Source: Nitrosopumilus maritimus SCM1
GTDB lineage: Archaea > Thermoproteota > Nitrososphaeria > Nitrososphaerales > Nitrosopumilaceae
DNA length: 32,000 nt
Assembly (NCBI RefSeq): GCF_000018465.1
Contig: NC_010085.1
Coordinates: forward strand, 1 to 32,000
Direction: 5' to 3'
Part shown: positions 24,466 through 32,000 of the stretch, in pieces
Position numbering within the stretch: position 1 is the stretch's first letter
Layout of the letters: each line of letters begins with the position of its first letter
Program-made: the position numbers and the translations under genes
The notes under the pieces: model-generated
Told to the model about the DNA's origin: nothing
What the model saw: only the letters and a program-made list of their open reading frames with translations
Database searches by the model: none

Positions 24466-25470
24466 TTGAATAATTATCTAATATTTGGCTTTATTCTGTC
24501 AGCCATTTTCATCCCTATCACTTCTTATGCAGACAATGTTGAATTAGAAATATCTGCACCAAAAATTGTTGATAGTACTGGTAATACTGTAAACGAGATT
24601 TTTGCTCCACTAAATGGGGTACCTTTTGCCTATCAACCATCTGCAATACTGCAAAATACTGGAACATCTCCAATAGATTTTACCTTTTATGCTATGGTTG
24701 ATGATGGAAATGAACTATTGGAACTTAGTTCCTTTTCAGCATCAATAAATCCTAATCAAGACTTTACACTTGCTTTGACATGGAATCCACAAAAAGAAGG
24801 CAAACATACACTCATTTTTGGAGTGTGGAATAATCTTGGAGAAAAAAATGATCTAATTACGCCAATTGAATTAGATGTAAATGTATTATCAAAAGATTCT
24901 TCAACCAATTCTATTCAAATCGCATCATTTGTTGATCCTACCAAAGATCCACAAAGCTACATTGACAGATACAACAATGAAGAATCATACAAAGAATGGT
25001 TTGATGAAAATTATTCGCAATATGATTCCATAGAGCAGGCAGTAGGGTTGCCGGAAGCATTAAAAGAAAAAGTACCGACATGGGTAAAAAATAACGCAAA
25101 ATGGTGGTCTGAAGGAAATATTGATGATGACACATTTGTTAGTGGTGTCCAATTCTTAATGAAAGAAAAAATTGTAAATATTCCTGACTTACCTGAACAA
25201 TCTTCAGAAAAAACAAAACCAACTTTTGTAGATGAAACCAAAGATCCACAAAGCTACATTGACAGATACAACAATGAAGAATCATACAAAGAATGGTTTG
25301 ATGAAAATTATCCTGACTATACTATTGAGGAAGCAGTTGGAATATCAAAACCAATTCCTGGATGGATAAAAAATAACGCTGATTGGTGGTCTGAAGGATT
25401 AATTTCTGAAGATGAATTTGTTAAAGGAATTGAATTTCTAGTAGAAAATAGAATTTTAATTGTAAACTAG
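24466..25470 (+). CDS. secreted protein with N-terminal beta domain and two approx. 99-aa C-terminal repeats (WWSEG...F..G..FL motif)
   Basis: 334 aa with a TTG start and a signal peptide ending SYADN. Duplicated module DPTKDPQSYIDRYNNEESYKEWFDENY...W(V/I)KNNA(K/D)WWSEG.I..D.FV.G..FL. Confidence 0.7.
   Translation: MNNYLIFGFILSAIFIPITSYADNVELEISAPKIVDSTGNTVNEIFAPLNGVPFAYQPSAILQNTGTSPIDFTFYAMVDDGNELLELSSFSASINPNQDFTLALTWNPQKEGKHTLIFGVWNNLGEKNDLITPIELDVNVLSKDSSTNSIQIASFVDPTKDPQSYIDRYNNEESYKEWFDENYSQYDSIEQAVGLPEALKEKVPTWVKNNAKWWSEGNIDDDTFVSGVQFLMKEKIVNIPDLPEQSSEKTKPTFVDETKDPQSYIDRYNNEESYKEWFDENYPDYTIEEAVGISKPIPGWIKNNADWWSEGLISEDEFVKGIEFLVENRILIVN
24940..25014 (+). repeat. 75-nt perfect direct repeat, copy 1 (intragenic)
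   Basis: Compared base by base, it is identical to 25237-25311. The offset is 297 nt (99 codons). Confidence 0.95.
25237..25311 (+). repeat. 75-nt perfect direct repeat, copy 2 (intragenic)
   Basis: Identical to 24940-25014. Confidence 0.95.
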
Positions 25471-25472
25471 AA

Positions 25473-25946
25473 CTATTCTGATGCTTCTCGAGATTCTTTG
25501 ATTTTTCTAACTCGACTACCTTCATCATCAATAATTCTATCAACACCAGATAATTTCTCTCGTAAATTATTGATAATGGTGCCTACCTCATCAGCTTCTG
25601 CTTCAACTTGCTTTCTCTTTTCGGCAAGTTCTGAAATTCCTCTGTTTTCCTCCTCTATGTACTCGTTGACCTTTTGGAGTTTCTCTTTGAGATTCTTGAT
25701 ATCTACTGATTCTTCTTCAATATCTTTTTCAAGTAAAGTTCGCTTGTCTTTGAGATTCTTAATCATTAAACCAACATAATCAATTGCCTCTTCAAGCTGA
25801 GCACGTTTTCCCATTAATTCCCCAATTCCAATCTGACTTGGAGTCTCTGAAACTGTAGATTCTGGAGCAGCCTCTTGTTCAGTATTATCTTCAGGTCTCT
25901 CTTCTACCATTTCTCCGCCCTCTTCTTTCTTGAATTTATCAAACAT
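25473..25946 (-). CDS. acidic coiled-coil protein (157 aa)
   Basis: A disordered acidic N-terminus is followed by about 110 aa of heptad-like sequence rich in E/K/L/I. No enzymatic motif. Confidence 0.55.
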   Translation of the reverse strand: MFDKFKKEEGGEMVEERPEDNTEQEAAPESTVSETPSQIGIGELMGKRAQLEEAIDYVGLMIKNLKDKRTLLEKDIEEESVDIKNLKEKLQKVNEYIEEENRGISELAEKRKQVEAEADEVGTIINNLREKLSGVDRIIDDEGSRVRKIKESREASE

Positions 25947-26046
25947 TTTATGATTTACTTTCTAAAATGGGAATAAAAAGTTACTATGAATCTCAAAGCT
26001 GACAAGGTGAATGATTTTTACTCAAAAAAAGGAAAAATGTGGTGAA

Positions 26047-26688
26047 TTATTTCACCGAAATTGAATTTCTGAACTCTTGGTTAAAATCAACTGATTTTTC
26101 AAAACTGGTATCTCCAATCTGAAGAAATTTGATATTTTGACCCATCTCAGGATTTACTGCTGAATTAAAGAAAATTTCAAAGACATTCTCATTGTCTGAA
26201 AACTTACCAGAAAATACAACTTTGTAACTGAGATCCTCTTCTGAGGCAGTTCCATGCAGTTCTACATGGGAACCATTGGATTTTCCACTTAATTCTATGT
26301 CAAACTCTCTTTCTCCAAGACTTAGGACTCCGTTAGTTGAAATCTCCCACAAGTCTTGCCCGACTTTTACTGCTTTTCCATCAAAGAGAGTAATTCCAGC
26401 ATTATAGGCCTTGTAATTCATTATTGCCCATCCTGATATGTCAGATGACATCATTCTCTGCATATCTTCTTTCGAAGTATCAGATGGCAAGGCATAACGT
26501 TGGACTTTGAGCTTTCCATCAACCATTTTTTCGGTTAGGATTACTCCTAGTCCCTCATTTTTGGAACTTCCTTTTGGCTCATAAACTCCAGTATTGTCTG
26601 CAAACGAGTAGGTTACAGTAATTGGAGATGCACCAAGCATCAAAAGGACAGCAATAACACCAATAGTTCTGTTTTGGGGTTTTACCAT
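26047..26688 (-). CDS. secreted or membrane-anchored hypothetical protein (213 aa)
   Basis: N-terminal hydrophobic segment IGVIAVLLMLGASPITV followed by a beta-rich sequence. Divergent from the wHTH operon. Confidence 0.6.
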   Translation of the reverse strand: MVKPQNRTIGVIAVLLMLGASPITVTYSFADNTGVYEPKGSSKNEGLGVILTEKMVDGKLKVQRYALPSDTSKEDMQRMMSSDISGWAIMNYKAYNAGITLFDGKAVKVGQDLWEISTNGVLSLGEREFDIELSGKSNGSHVELHGTASEEDLSYKVVFSGKFSDNENVFEIFFNSAVNPEMGQNIKFLQIGDTSFEKSVDFNQEFRNSISVK

Positions 26689-26932
26689 GAATAGTACACT
26701 TCAAAATTATACATTAGGAACAGACAGGAATCGTTCTGTTCTTTATATAGTAAATTTCAGCAAAAACTTCTAAAATCTATCAATTTCAGACATTTTTTCT
26801 CAATTTGTCAAAAAGTATGTTTTTTGCAAGAAATCTAGTATTTTTCATACAAAAAACTAGGCACAGAATTTCTAGGAATTTTCTCCTCCGCAACGATTTT
26901 GCCAAAAATTGACAATTTTTTCTGTTCAAAAT

Positions 26933-26965
26933 GGTGTTCCGCTACGTGTTCCGCTATGGTGTTTC
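26933..26965 (+). promoter_or_regulatory. 12-nt-periodic direct repeat GGTGTTCCGCTA / CGTGTTCCGCTA / TGGTGTTTC upstream of the wHTH operon
   Basis: Two full copies and one partial copy read directly from the sequence, 40-70 nt upstream of the ATG at 27005. A 17-nt palindrome AAAAATTG-a-CAATTTTT lies at 26904-26920. Confidence 0.5.
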
Positions 26966-27004
26966 AAAACATTCCTCAATAACTAATTGATTGTATACTA
27001 TACC

Positions 27005-27292
27005 ATGTCAAAACAACAATACAGGTCCGAAATGGGCATCATGGGTGATATCCTAAACGTTACTGCTGATGGCGGTCGTGAAGGAATCATTGTATCTGCA
27101 ATATCTCGCAAAGCCAACCTATCTCACTATGCAGTACTAGACAAATGTGAGAAACTGGTAGAAGCAGGCTTAGTCGAGTCTGTCAAAAACGACAGAAATA
27201 GAGTCTTTCAAATCACTGAAAAAGGACTTCAATTTTTCCAAGAATTCAAGAGATTTCAGGGACTCGTGGAGAGCATGAACCTAAGGTATTAG
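27005..27292 (+). CDS. small winged-helix DNA-binding protein (COG3432-like)
   Basis: The track ORF starts at TTG 26987; the ATG at 27005 is preferred. GIMGDILNV...ISRKANLSHYAVLDKCEKLVEAGLVES...RVFQITEKG fits a wHTH of the archaeal COG3432 type. Confidence 0.7.
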   Translation: MSKQQYRSEMGIMGDILNVTADGGREGIIVSAISRKANLSHYAVLDKCEKLVEAGLVESVKNDRNRVFQITEKGLQFFQEFKRFQGLVESMNLRY

Positions 27293-27295
27293 CCA

Positions 27296-28303
27296 ATGAA
27301 TCCCCAAATCGTACCAATTCATAGGACAGAGTCTCGAGAAGATGGAATGCTTTTTGTAAGGACTGATGGTATCATCGATACAATGGTTAATGCACCTCTG
27401 ATAGTTGCAGGATTGCTGGTTGTAGCACTAACGATACCTTTGCAGACCTCATTTGCCACTACTCGAACTCTTGATCTAATCATCAATTCAGATGGTTCTA
27501 CACATATCTCCTCTCAAATTGATGTGGATTCCTCAAACTTTGAGTTAAGTCTCTTTGGCCCATCTATTGACAACTTTGTTGCAATTGGGTCAGATGGTAC
27601 GACATTATCTGGTGAAGTCATTGAAGATAAAGCGATGATTCAGACGAGTGATCATTCTTCTATCACCGTAAACTATGATATCCACGACTTAATTTCTAAA
27701 GAAGGTAGGATCTGGACATTTTCATTTGATTCTCCTACAAATTATTCCCTCCTAATGCCAGAAAACTCTGTCATTGTTGGAATGAATATTCTACCTGAAA
27801 ACATGGAACAACTTGATTCTCAAATTAAATTAGATATATCTCCTGGTTCTGCACAAATTGATTACATCTTTAGTACTCCTGTAGAAACACCTACAACTCC
27901 ACCTGAATTTTCATTTGATTCAGTAACTATTGGTTTGATAGTTGGCCCAATTGCAGCAGCTATAATTGCTTCAGTAATTGTGGTAAAAAAGAGACAATCA
28001 AAACCTCAATTACAAACTGAGATAATCCAGGATATTCCTAAACCCACAACTGATTCACTAACTCCTGATACAATCTTTAATCTCAGACCAGATATGAGAG
28101 AAGATGATAAAGAGATTGTAAAATTCATCTCTGAGAATGGTGGTGAAGTCTTTGAAAGTGAGCTAAGAAAGAAGTTCCTTCAACCAAGAACCACAATGTG
28201 GAGAGCCGTAAAAAGACTAGAAAGATTAGGTGTAGTTGAAATTTACAAAAAAGATCTTCTAAATATGGTCAAATTACGAAACGATTTGGAGGAAGAGAAT
28301 TGA
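27296..28303 (+). CDS. bitopic membrane protein: extracellular beta domain, PEFS + TM + KKRQ segment, cytoplasmic winged-helix domain
   Basis: 335 aa. TM1 is about aa 31-49 and the ectodomain about aa 50-200. PPEFS is at aa 202-206, TM2 at aa 211-230 and KKRQ at aa 231-234. The C-terminal EIVKFISENGGEVFESELRKKFLQPRTTMWRAVKRLERLGVVE is MarR/TrmB-like wHTH. Confidence 0.7.
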   Translation: MNPQIVPIHRTESREDGMLFVRTDGIIDTMVNAPLIVAGLLVVALTIPLQTSFATTRTLDLIINSDGSTHISSQIDVDSSNFELSLFGPSIDNFVAIGSDGTTLSGEVIEDKAMIQTSDHSSITVNYDIHDLISKEGRIWTFSFDSPTNYSLLMPENSVIVGMNILPENMEQLDSQIKLDISPGSAQIDYIFSTPVETPTTPPEFSFDSVTIGLIVGPIAAAIIASVIVVKKRQSKPQLQTEIIQDIPKPTTDSLTPDTIFNLRPDMREDDKEIVKFISENGGEVFESELRKKFLQPRTTMWRAVKRLERLGVVEIYKKDLLNMVKLRNDLEEEN

Positions 28304-28650
28304 AGAGCCTAACGTTACTTGCACTATTGGTATTGACAGTAGGCATCATTTCTACAAACCAAGCATTTGCAGAACCACTAGATTCTGTTAGCACCTCTGT
28401 TTCAAACTATGATGGAGATTCTGCAACTGTAGAGATTACCTGGAATAACGATGATTCAGTGAAAAATTACAAAGTTGGCTGTGTTAGTTGTACTCCAAAT
28501 ATTGTAGAATTCACAACTGGTAATAGTATGACCATAGATAATGTTACACCATTCCCTAATGGCTCATCTGCATTACTTTATGTGATTAGCTATGATTCCG
28601 AAAACAACATCATAACTGCAAAACAACTCATAGTCAATCTTAATCAGTAA
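28300..28650 (+). CDS. secreted small protein (116 aa), Ig/FN3-like
   Basis: The TTG start overlaps the preceding stop (TTGA). Signal peptide ending QAFAEP, then a beta-rich sequence with a single CVSC pair. Confidence 0.6.
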   Translation: MKSLTLLALLVLTVGIISTNQAFAEPLDSVSTSVSNYDGDSATVEITWNNDDSVKNYKVGCVSCTPNIVEFTTGNSMTIDNVTPFPNGSSALLYVISYDSENNIITAKQLIVNLNQ

Positions 28651-28703
28651 TTTTCAAACTCCCAAAAATTATCATAAACTTATTATACATTTTCCAAACA
28701 GGA

Positions 28704-28904
28704 TTGAGCATGGCATCTAAAGCAATTACTGTTGGTGTGGGAATTCCAATGATTGTGGTTGGCGCTTTGATGGCATGGTTATGGGCTCCAATGGAAGGAG
28801 ATCTTCAAAATCAAGTAGAACTAATTGGAAGTACAATTGGCATTCTAGGCATAGTGTTCTTTATTTCTGGATTGTTCTACACAAAAGAACCAGTGATGCA
28901 TTAG
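28704..28904 (+). CDS. small membrane protein (66 aa, two TM helices)
   Basis: Two hydrophobic helices. TTG at 28704 or ATG at 28710. Confidence 0.45.
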   Translation: MSMASKAITVGVGIPMIVVGALMAWLWAPMEGDLQNQVELIGSTIGILGIVFFISGLFYTKEPVMH

Positions 28905-28945
28905 AAACTCACTGAATAAATAATGAAAAAAATTACCATTATTAC

Positions 28946-29659
28946 TTGAAAGTTAGATTATTTGAGATATTTACATCCGTAGAAGGGGAAGGCATTCTTT
29001 ATGGAACAAAGACACTTTTTGTAAGACTAGCAGGTTGTCCATTTACTTGTTTTTATTGTGATACAAAAGAATCTCTTCCACTTGATTCTGGAACAGAATA
29101 CTCTATTGAGGATGCAAATCAACTAATTGACTCTAACCTAAAAAATCAAACATACAAAGTAAATTTCACAGGAGGTGATCCTCTTATTCAACATCAAGCA
29201 GTTGCATTACTTGCAAAACACATTCAGGAGAAAAAAATCCCAACATATCTAGAATCATCATGTTTTGATATTGATAGATTCAATCACGTCTTGCCATTTA
29301 TTGACATTGTAAAAATTGAATTCAAAACAAAGGATTCAGATTTTGTAGACTCTCAACACTATGAGAAACTAATTGGCCATACCATGAAATGCTTGGAATC
29401 ATCAGTCTCTGCAAAAAAGATAACCTACATCAAAGTAGTTGTCAGCTCAAAAACAAAGCCTGATGATTTTACACAACTAGTCAATCAAATCTTTGATATT
29501 GTATCAAAAGATGACATTGATGGATTCATCATCCAACCAACTTATGGTGTTGCAGAACCTTCACTTGATTTGTTGTTGAGTTTGTATGATATTGTTTTTC
29601 CACACTACAACGAAGTCAAGGTTGTTCCTCAACTGCACAAATTCATTGGCGCACCATAG
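28946..29659 (+). CDS. queE: 7-carboxy-7-deazaguanine synthase (radical SAM)
   Basis: 237 aa with a TTG start. N-terminal EIFTSVEGEG and the radical-SAM cluster motif GCPFTCFYCDT (Cx3Cx2C). Confidence 0.82.
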   Translation: MKVRLFEIFTSVEGEGILYGTKTLFVRLAGCPFTCFYCDTKESLPLDSGTEYSIEDANQLIDSNLKNQTYKVNFTGGDPLIQHQAVALLAKHIQEKKIPTYLESSCFDIDRFNHVLPFIDIVKIEFKTKDSDFVDSQHYEKLIGHTMKCLESSVSAKKITYIKVVVSSKTKPDDFTQLVNQIFDIVSKDDIDGFIIQPTYGVAEPSLDLLLSLYDIVFPHYNEVKVVPQLHKFIGAP

Positions 29660-29722
29660 TTACCACCAACCTAAAAATCCGATTACGTTCAAATACTAGA
29701 AAAATCGTCTCAAATCATCAAA

Positions 29723-30280
29723 ATGGATGAAGAACGTGTAAAGAAACTTGTCAGAGAATTGATAATCGAAGTTGGCGAAGATCCTACCCGTGAGGGCTTG
29801 CGTGAAACACCTGAAAGAATCGCAAACATGTATCAGGAAATCTTTTCTGGATATGACTCTGATTCAGAATTAGCTGTTCAATTCTCAGAAGATTCTGACG
29901 TAGTTGTAGCACGTGATATTCAGTTTTACTCAATGTGTGAGCACCATATGCTTCCATTCTTTGGTAAAATCCACATTGCATATTCTCCAAATGGCAGAGT
30001 CTTTGGAATCTCAAAACTAGTAAGACTAGTTGAAAAGTACTCTAAACGACTCCAGATTCAAGAACGCCTAACCAAAAACATTGCAGATGAACTATACTCT
30101 CAAGGTGTCAAGGGAGTAGTTGTTTTAGCTGATGCAGAGCACCTATGTATGAAAATGCGTGGTGTCAGAAATGATGCAACACTATCATCATCAGCATTTA
30201 GAGGAATTTATGAAAATAAAGAGGATAAAGAGAGCATTATGACTCTAATTCGAAAACGTGCTTCAGATTCTGCATATTAG
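29723..30280 (+). CDS. folE: GTP cyclohydrolase I (type IA)
   Basis: 185 aa. REGLRETPERIA, the zinc/active-site segment FYSMCEHHMLPFFGK, and KYSKRLQIQERLT. Confidence 0.92.
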   Translation: MDEERVKKLVRELIIEVGEDPTREGLRETPERIANMYQEIFSGYDSDSELAVQFSEDSDVVVARDIQFYSMCEHHMLPFFGKIHIAYSPNGRVFGISKLVRLVEKYSKRLQIQERLTKNIADELYSQGVKGVVVLADAEHLCMKMRGVRNDATLSSSAFRGIYENKEDKESIMTLIRKRASDSAY

Positions 30281-30320
30281 ATACTCAAAAATTAAATACC
30301 GATTCTATTTCAAAAAACTC

Positions 30321-30575
30321 ATGGATGACGGAAGAAAGATTGCATATATCCCAAAAGAAGGATGGCCAAAATTTACTTGGTATGCAATTGAATTTGCAAT
30401 AGTCCTTGCAGTCTGTATGTTGATTGCAAGAGAAGTTGTTGCAACTCTATCCGAATTGTCTCCAGACCTTCAGAACTATATCTGGTGGGGAATCACTGGA
30501 TTGATTTTCTTGGCATGGTATATTGGAATAAGAGGATTTATTCTAAAAAAGAAAATTCTAAACAACAGATACTAG
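30321..30575 (+). CDS. small membrane protein (84 aa, two TM helices)
   Basis: The track ORF begins at 30258 inside folE. The ATG at 30321 (MDDGRKIAYIPKEGW...) is preferred. Two hydrophobic helices. Confidence 0.5.
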   Translation: MDDGRKIAYIPKEGWPKFTWYAIEFAIVLAVCMLIAREVVATLSELSPDLQNYIWWGITGLIFLAWYIGIRGFILKKKILNNRY

Positions 30576-30577
30576 AA

Positions 30578-31252
30578 TTATTTTAGATATTTTGTTTTGT
30601 CTGTAACTCCTGCTTTCTCAAATGCAATCTTTCTATTATTGCAAGACTCACAAACACCACAATGCAGTTTTTTGTTTGAATAACAACTCCAAGTTCTAAA
30701 GATGGAATCACCTAACACTTTCTTTCCTTTCTTTAACAAGTCACTTTTTGATAACCCTTCTCTGTATGGAGACCAAATCTTTATCTTTTTTCTTATTTTT
30801 GAATTAATCCCATCAATCTCGCCTTGATTGAATGCTGATTCTAGTTTCTTTGCAAAGGCAGGTCTGCAATCCGGATAGTACTTGTCTCCTGTATGTGCAC
30901 CATAAACGACTAGGGATGCGTTTAGGGTATATGCCCATGCAGATGCAACTGAGAGAAACACTGCATTTCTAATTGGTACTACTATAGAGTACTCAAATTT
31001 GCTTGGAATCTTTCTTTTTGAGCTAGTCAAGACATTAGAGTCACCGTACAACTCTTTCATAAAACCAATATCGATAATCTTGTGCTGTTTTAGTCCTAAT
31101 TTCTTTGCAAATGATTTTGTAGCAGAAATCTCCATGTTTGCTTTCTGACCATATGAAAAAGTAATTCCATACAACTCGTACTTTGATTTTAGAAATGATA
31201 CTGCACAAACAGAGTCAACTCCTCCACTAAAAACAACTACTGCTTTTTTCAT
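30578..31252 (-). CDS. queC: 7-cyano-7-deazaguanine (preQ0) synthase
   Basis: 224 aa. PP-loop VVFSGGVDS and the C-terminal zinc motif CYSNKKLHCGVCESCNNR. Confidence 0.9.
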   Translation of the reverse strand: MKKAVVVFSGGVDSVCAVSFLKSKYELYGITFSYGQKANMEISATKSFAKKLGLKQHKIIDIGFMKELYGDSNVLTSSKRKIPSKFEYSIVVPIRNAVFLSVASAWAYTLNASLVVYGAHTGDKYYPDCRPAFAKKLESAFNQGEIDGINSKIRKKIKIWSPYREGLSKSDLLKKGKKVLGDSIFRTWSCYSNKKLHCGVCESCNNRKIAFEKAGVTDKTKYLK

Positions 31253-31255
31253 GAC

Positions 31256-32000
31256 TCATCTTCTTTTGTCTGCAGCACCTTTACTTGGTTTGCAGATTAC
31301 TGTCTGACATTCTGTTTTTGCTGATGCAAATCCTCTTGACATTGCAGAACTGATCTTTTTCAAATCAGCTGAACTTTTAGAAAATGCAATTACTGAAGGT
31401 CCTGCTCCACTGATTGTTACGCCTAATGCCCCTGCTTTTAGGGCATTTTCTTTTACCTTGTCAAATCCTGGAATCATATGCTTTCTTGCAGGTTCTACAA
31501 TTACATCTTTGATTGAGTTTCCGATTAATTCTGGATCTTTTTTCATAAATCCTGCAACAATTGCAGATGCGTTTGATAAATTCAAAATACTGTCTGTTAG
31601 TTTCACTTTCTTTGGAATTACTCCTCTTGAAACCTTGGTCTTCTTTTTTGGAACCTCAAGTTTTGGAACAGCAACACACATTCTAAGATTTGTTGGAGGA
31701 TCTACTCTGGTTACTTGCAATGGATTTGTTTTAACAATTACAAATCCTCCTAATACGGAAGCTGCAACATTATCATAATGAACTGATCCTGCACTTGCTT
31801 TTTCACCAGATCCTGCAAACTCTACTAGAGAATTTCCATCTAACTTTAATCCAAATAATTTGTCAAATGCTACTGCTGTAGCAGCAGCTGATGCGGCACT
31901 ACTTCCCATTCCAAATCCTGCAGGAACGCCTTTCTTGATTTTAATCTCTACTCCACTTTTTATCTTGAATTTTTTTTTCATATTTTTTACAACTAGTCCT
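31256..32000 (-). CDS. thrB: homoserine kinase (GHMP family), 5' end beyond the window edge
   Basis: GHMP motif PAGFGMGSSAASAAA, HYDNVAASVLGG (ThrB-type) and ISGAGPSV. The frame stays open upstream of the ATG at 31981 to nt 32000, and the GHMP motif sits too close to that ATG for a full-length enzyme. Confidence 0.78.
   Translation of the reverse strand, partial: GLVVKNMKKKFKIKSGVEIKIKKGVPAGFGMGSSAASAAATAVAFDKLFGLKLDGNSLVEFAGSGEKASAGSVHYDNVAASVLGGFVIVKTNPLQVTRVDPPTNLRMCVAVPKLEVPKKKTKVSRGVIPKKVKLTDSILNLSNASAIVAGFMKKDPELIGNSIKDVIVEPARKHMIPGFDKVKENALKAGALGVTISGAGPSVIAFSKSSADLKKISSAMSRGFASAKTECQTVICKPSKGAADKRR

Noticed and set aside
24938-25241. Minus-strand ORFs 24938-25135 and 25011-25241
   Set aside because: They are antisense to the repeat-module region of the 334-aa secreted protein and have no motifs.
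26817-26912. 31-codon ORF (MFFARNLVFFIQKTRHRISRNFLLRNDFAKN) in the 298-nt spacer
   Set aside because: It is too short, has no promoter or start context that I can support, and its composition is typical of chance ORFs in AT-rich DNA.
28651-29722. preQ1-type or other riboswitch upstream of queE or folE
   Set aside because: The spacers (41-63 nt) are AT-rich with no stable pairing that I could find.
1-32000. CRISPR arrays, IS elements, integrases, prophage or plasmid modules, rRNA/tRNA genes
   Set aside because: I found no regularly spaced repeat-spacer pattern, no transposase or integrase-like ORF, no terminal inverted repeats flanking a gene block, and no cloverleaf or rRNA-like conserved segments.

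Overview
AT-rich, very gene-dense archaeal chromosomal segment with about 45 credible protein genes and mostly <150-nt spacers. Many genes appear to start about 25-30 nt after a TATA box, so transcripts may be leaderless. The gene content points to an ammonia-oxidising thaumarchaeon (Nitrosopumilus-like); this is inference from family content, not a database hit. That content includes Orc1/Cdc6 next to the PolD small subunit, two TFB paralogs, a CdvB/ESCRT-III paralog, CDC48, Hsp20, NDH-2, many signal-peptide proteins, a cupredoxin-like domain and a PEFG-like signal. Housekeeping blocks: replication (cdc6, PolD DP1), proteostasis (hsp20-cdc48), sulfur activation (cysC/cysQ), preQ0/archaeosine precursor synthesis (queE, folE, queC) and thrB, which is cut by the window edge. 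I found no rRNA, tRNA, CRISPR array, transposase or integrase. The least ordinary stretch is about 22.3-28.9 kb. (1) It holds an unassigned GC-enriched RNA-like element with a 17-bp closing helix and two internal hairpins at 22432-22526. (2) A stand-alone HEPN (Rx4H) protein lies nearby. (3) A three-gene operon encodes a small winged-helix protein, a membrane-spanning protein and a secreted protein. The membrane protein has an extracellular domain, a PEFG-CTERM-like signal located mid-protein and a cytoplasmic winged helix. The operon is preceded by a 298-nt spacer carrying a 12-nt-periodic direct repeat. Other oddities are a cyclophilin/PsbP-like/CFI-box fusion, a cupredoxin-like domain with its Cys and His ligands replaced, operator-like palindromes at both TFB genes, and a perfect 75-nt intragenic repeat. 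All functional calls come from motif recognition by eye and need HMM or structure confirmation.
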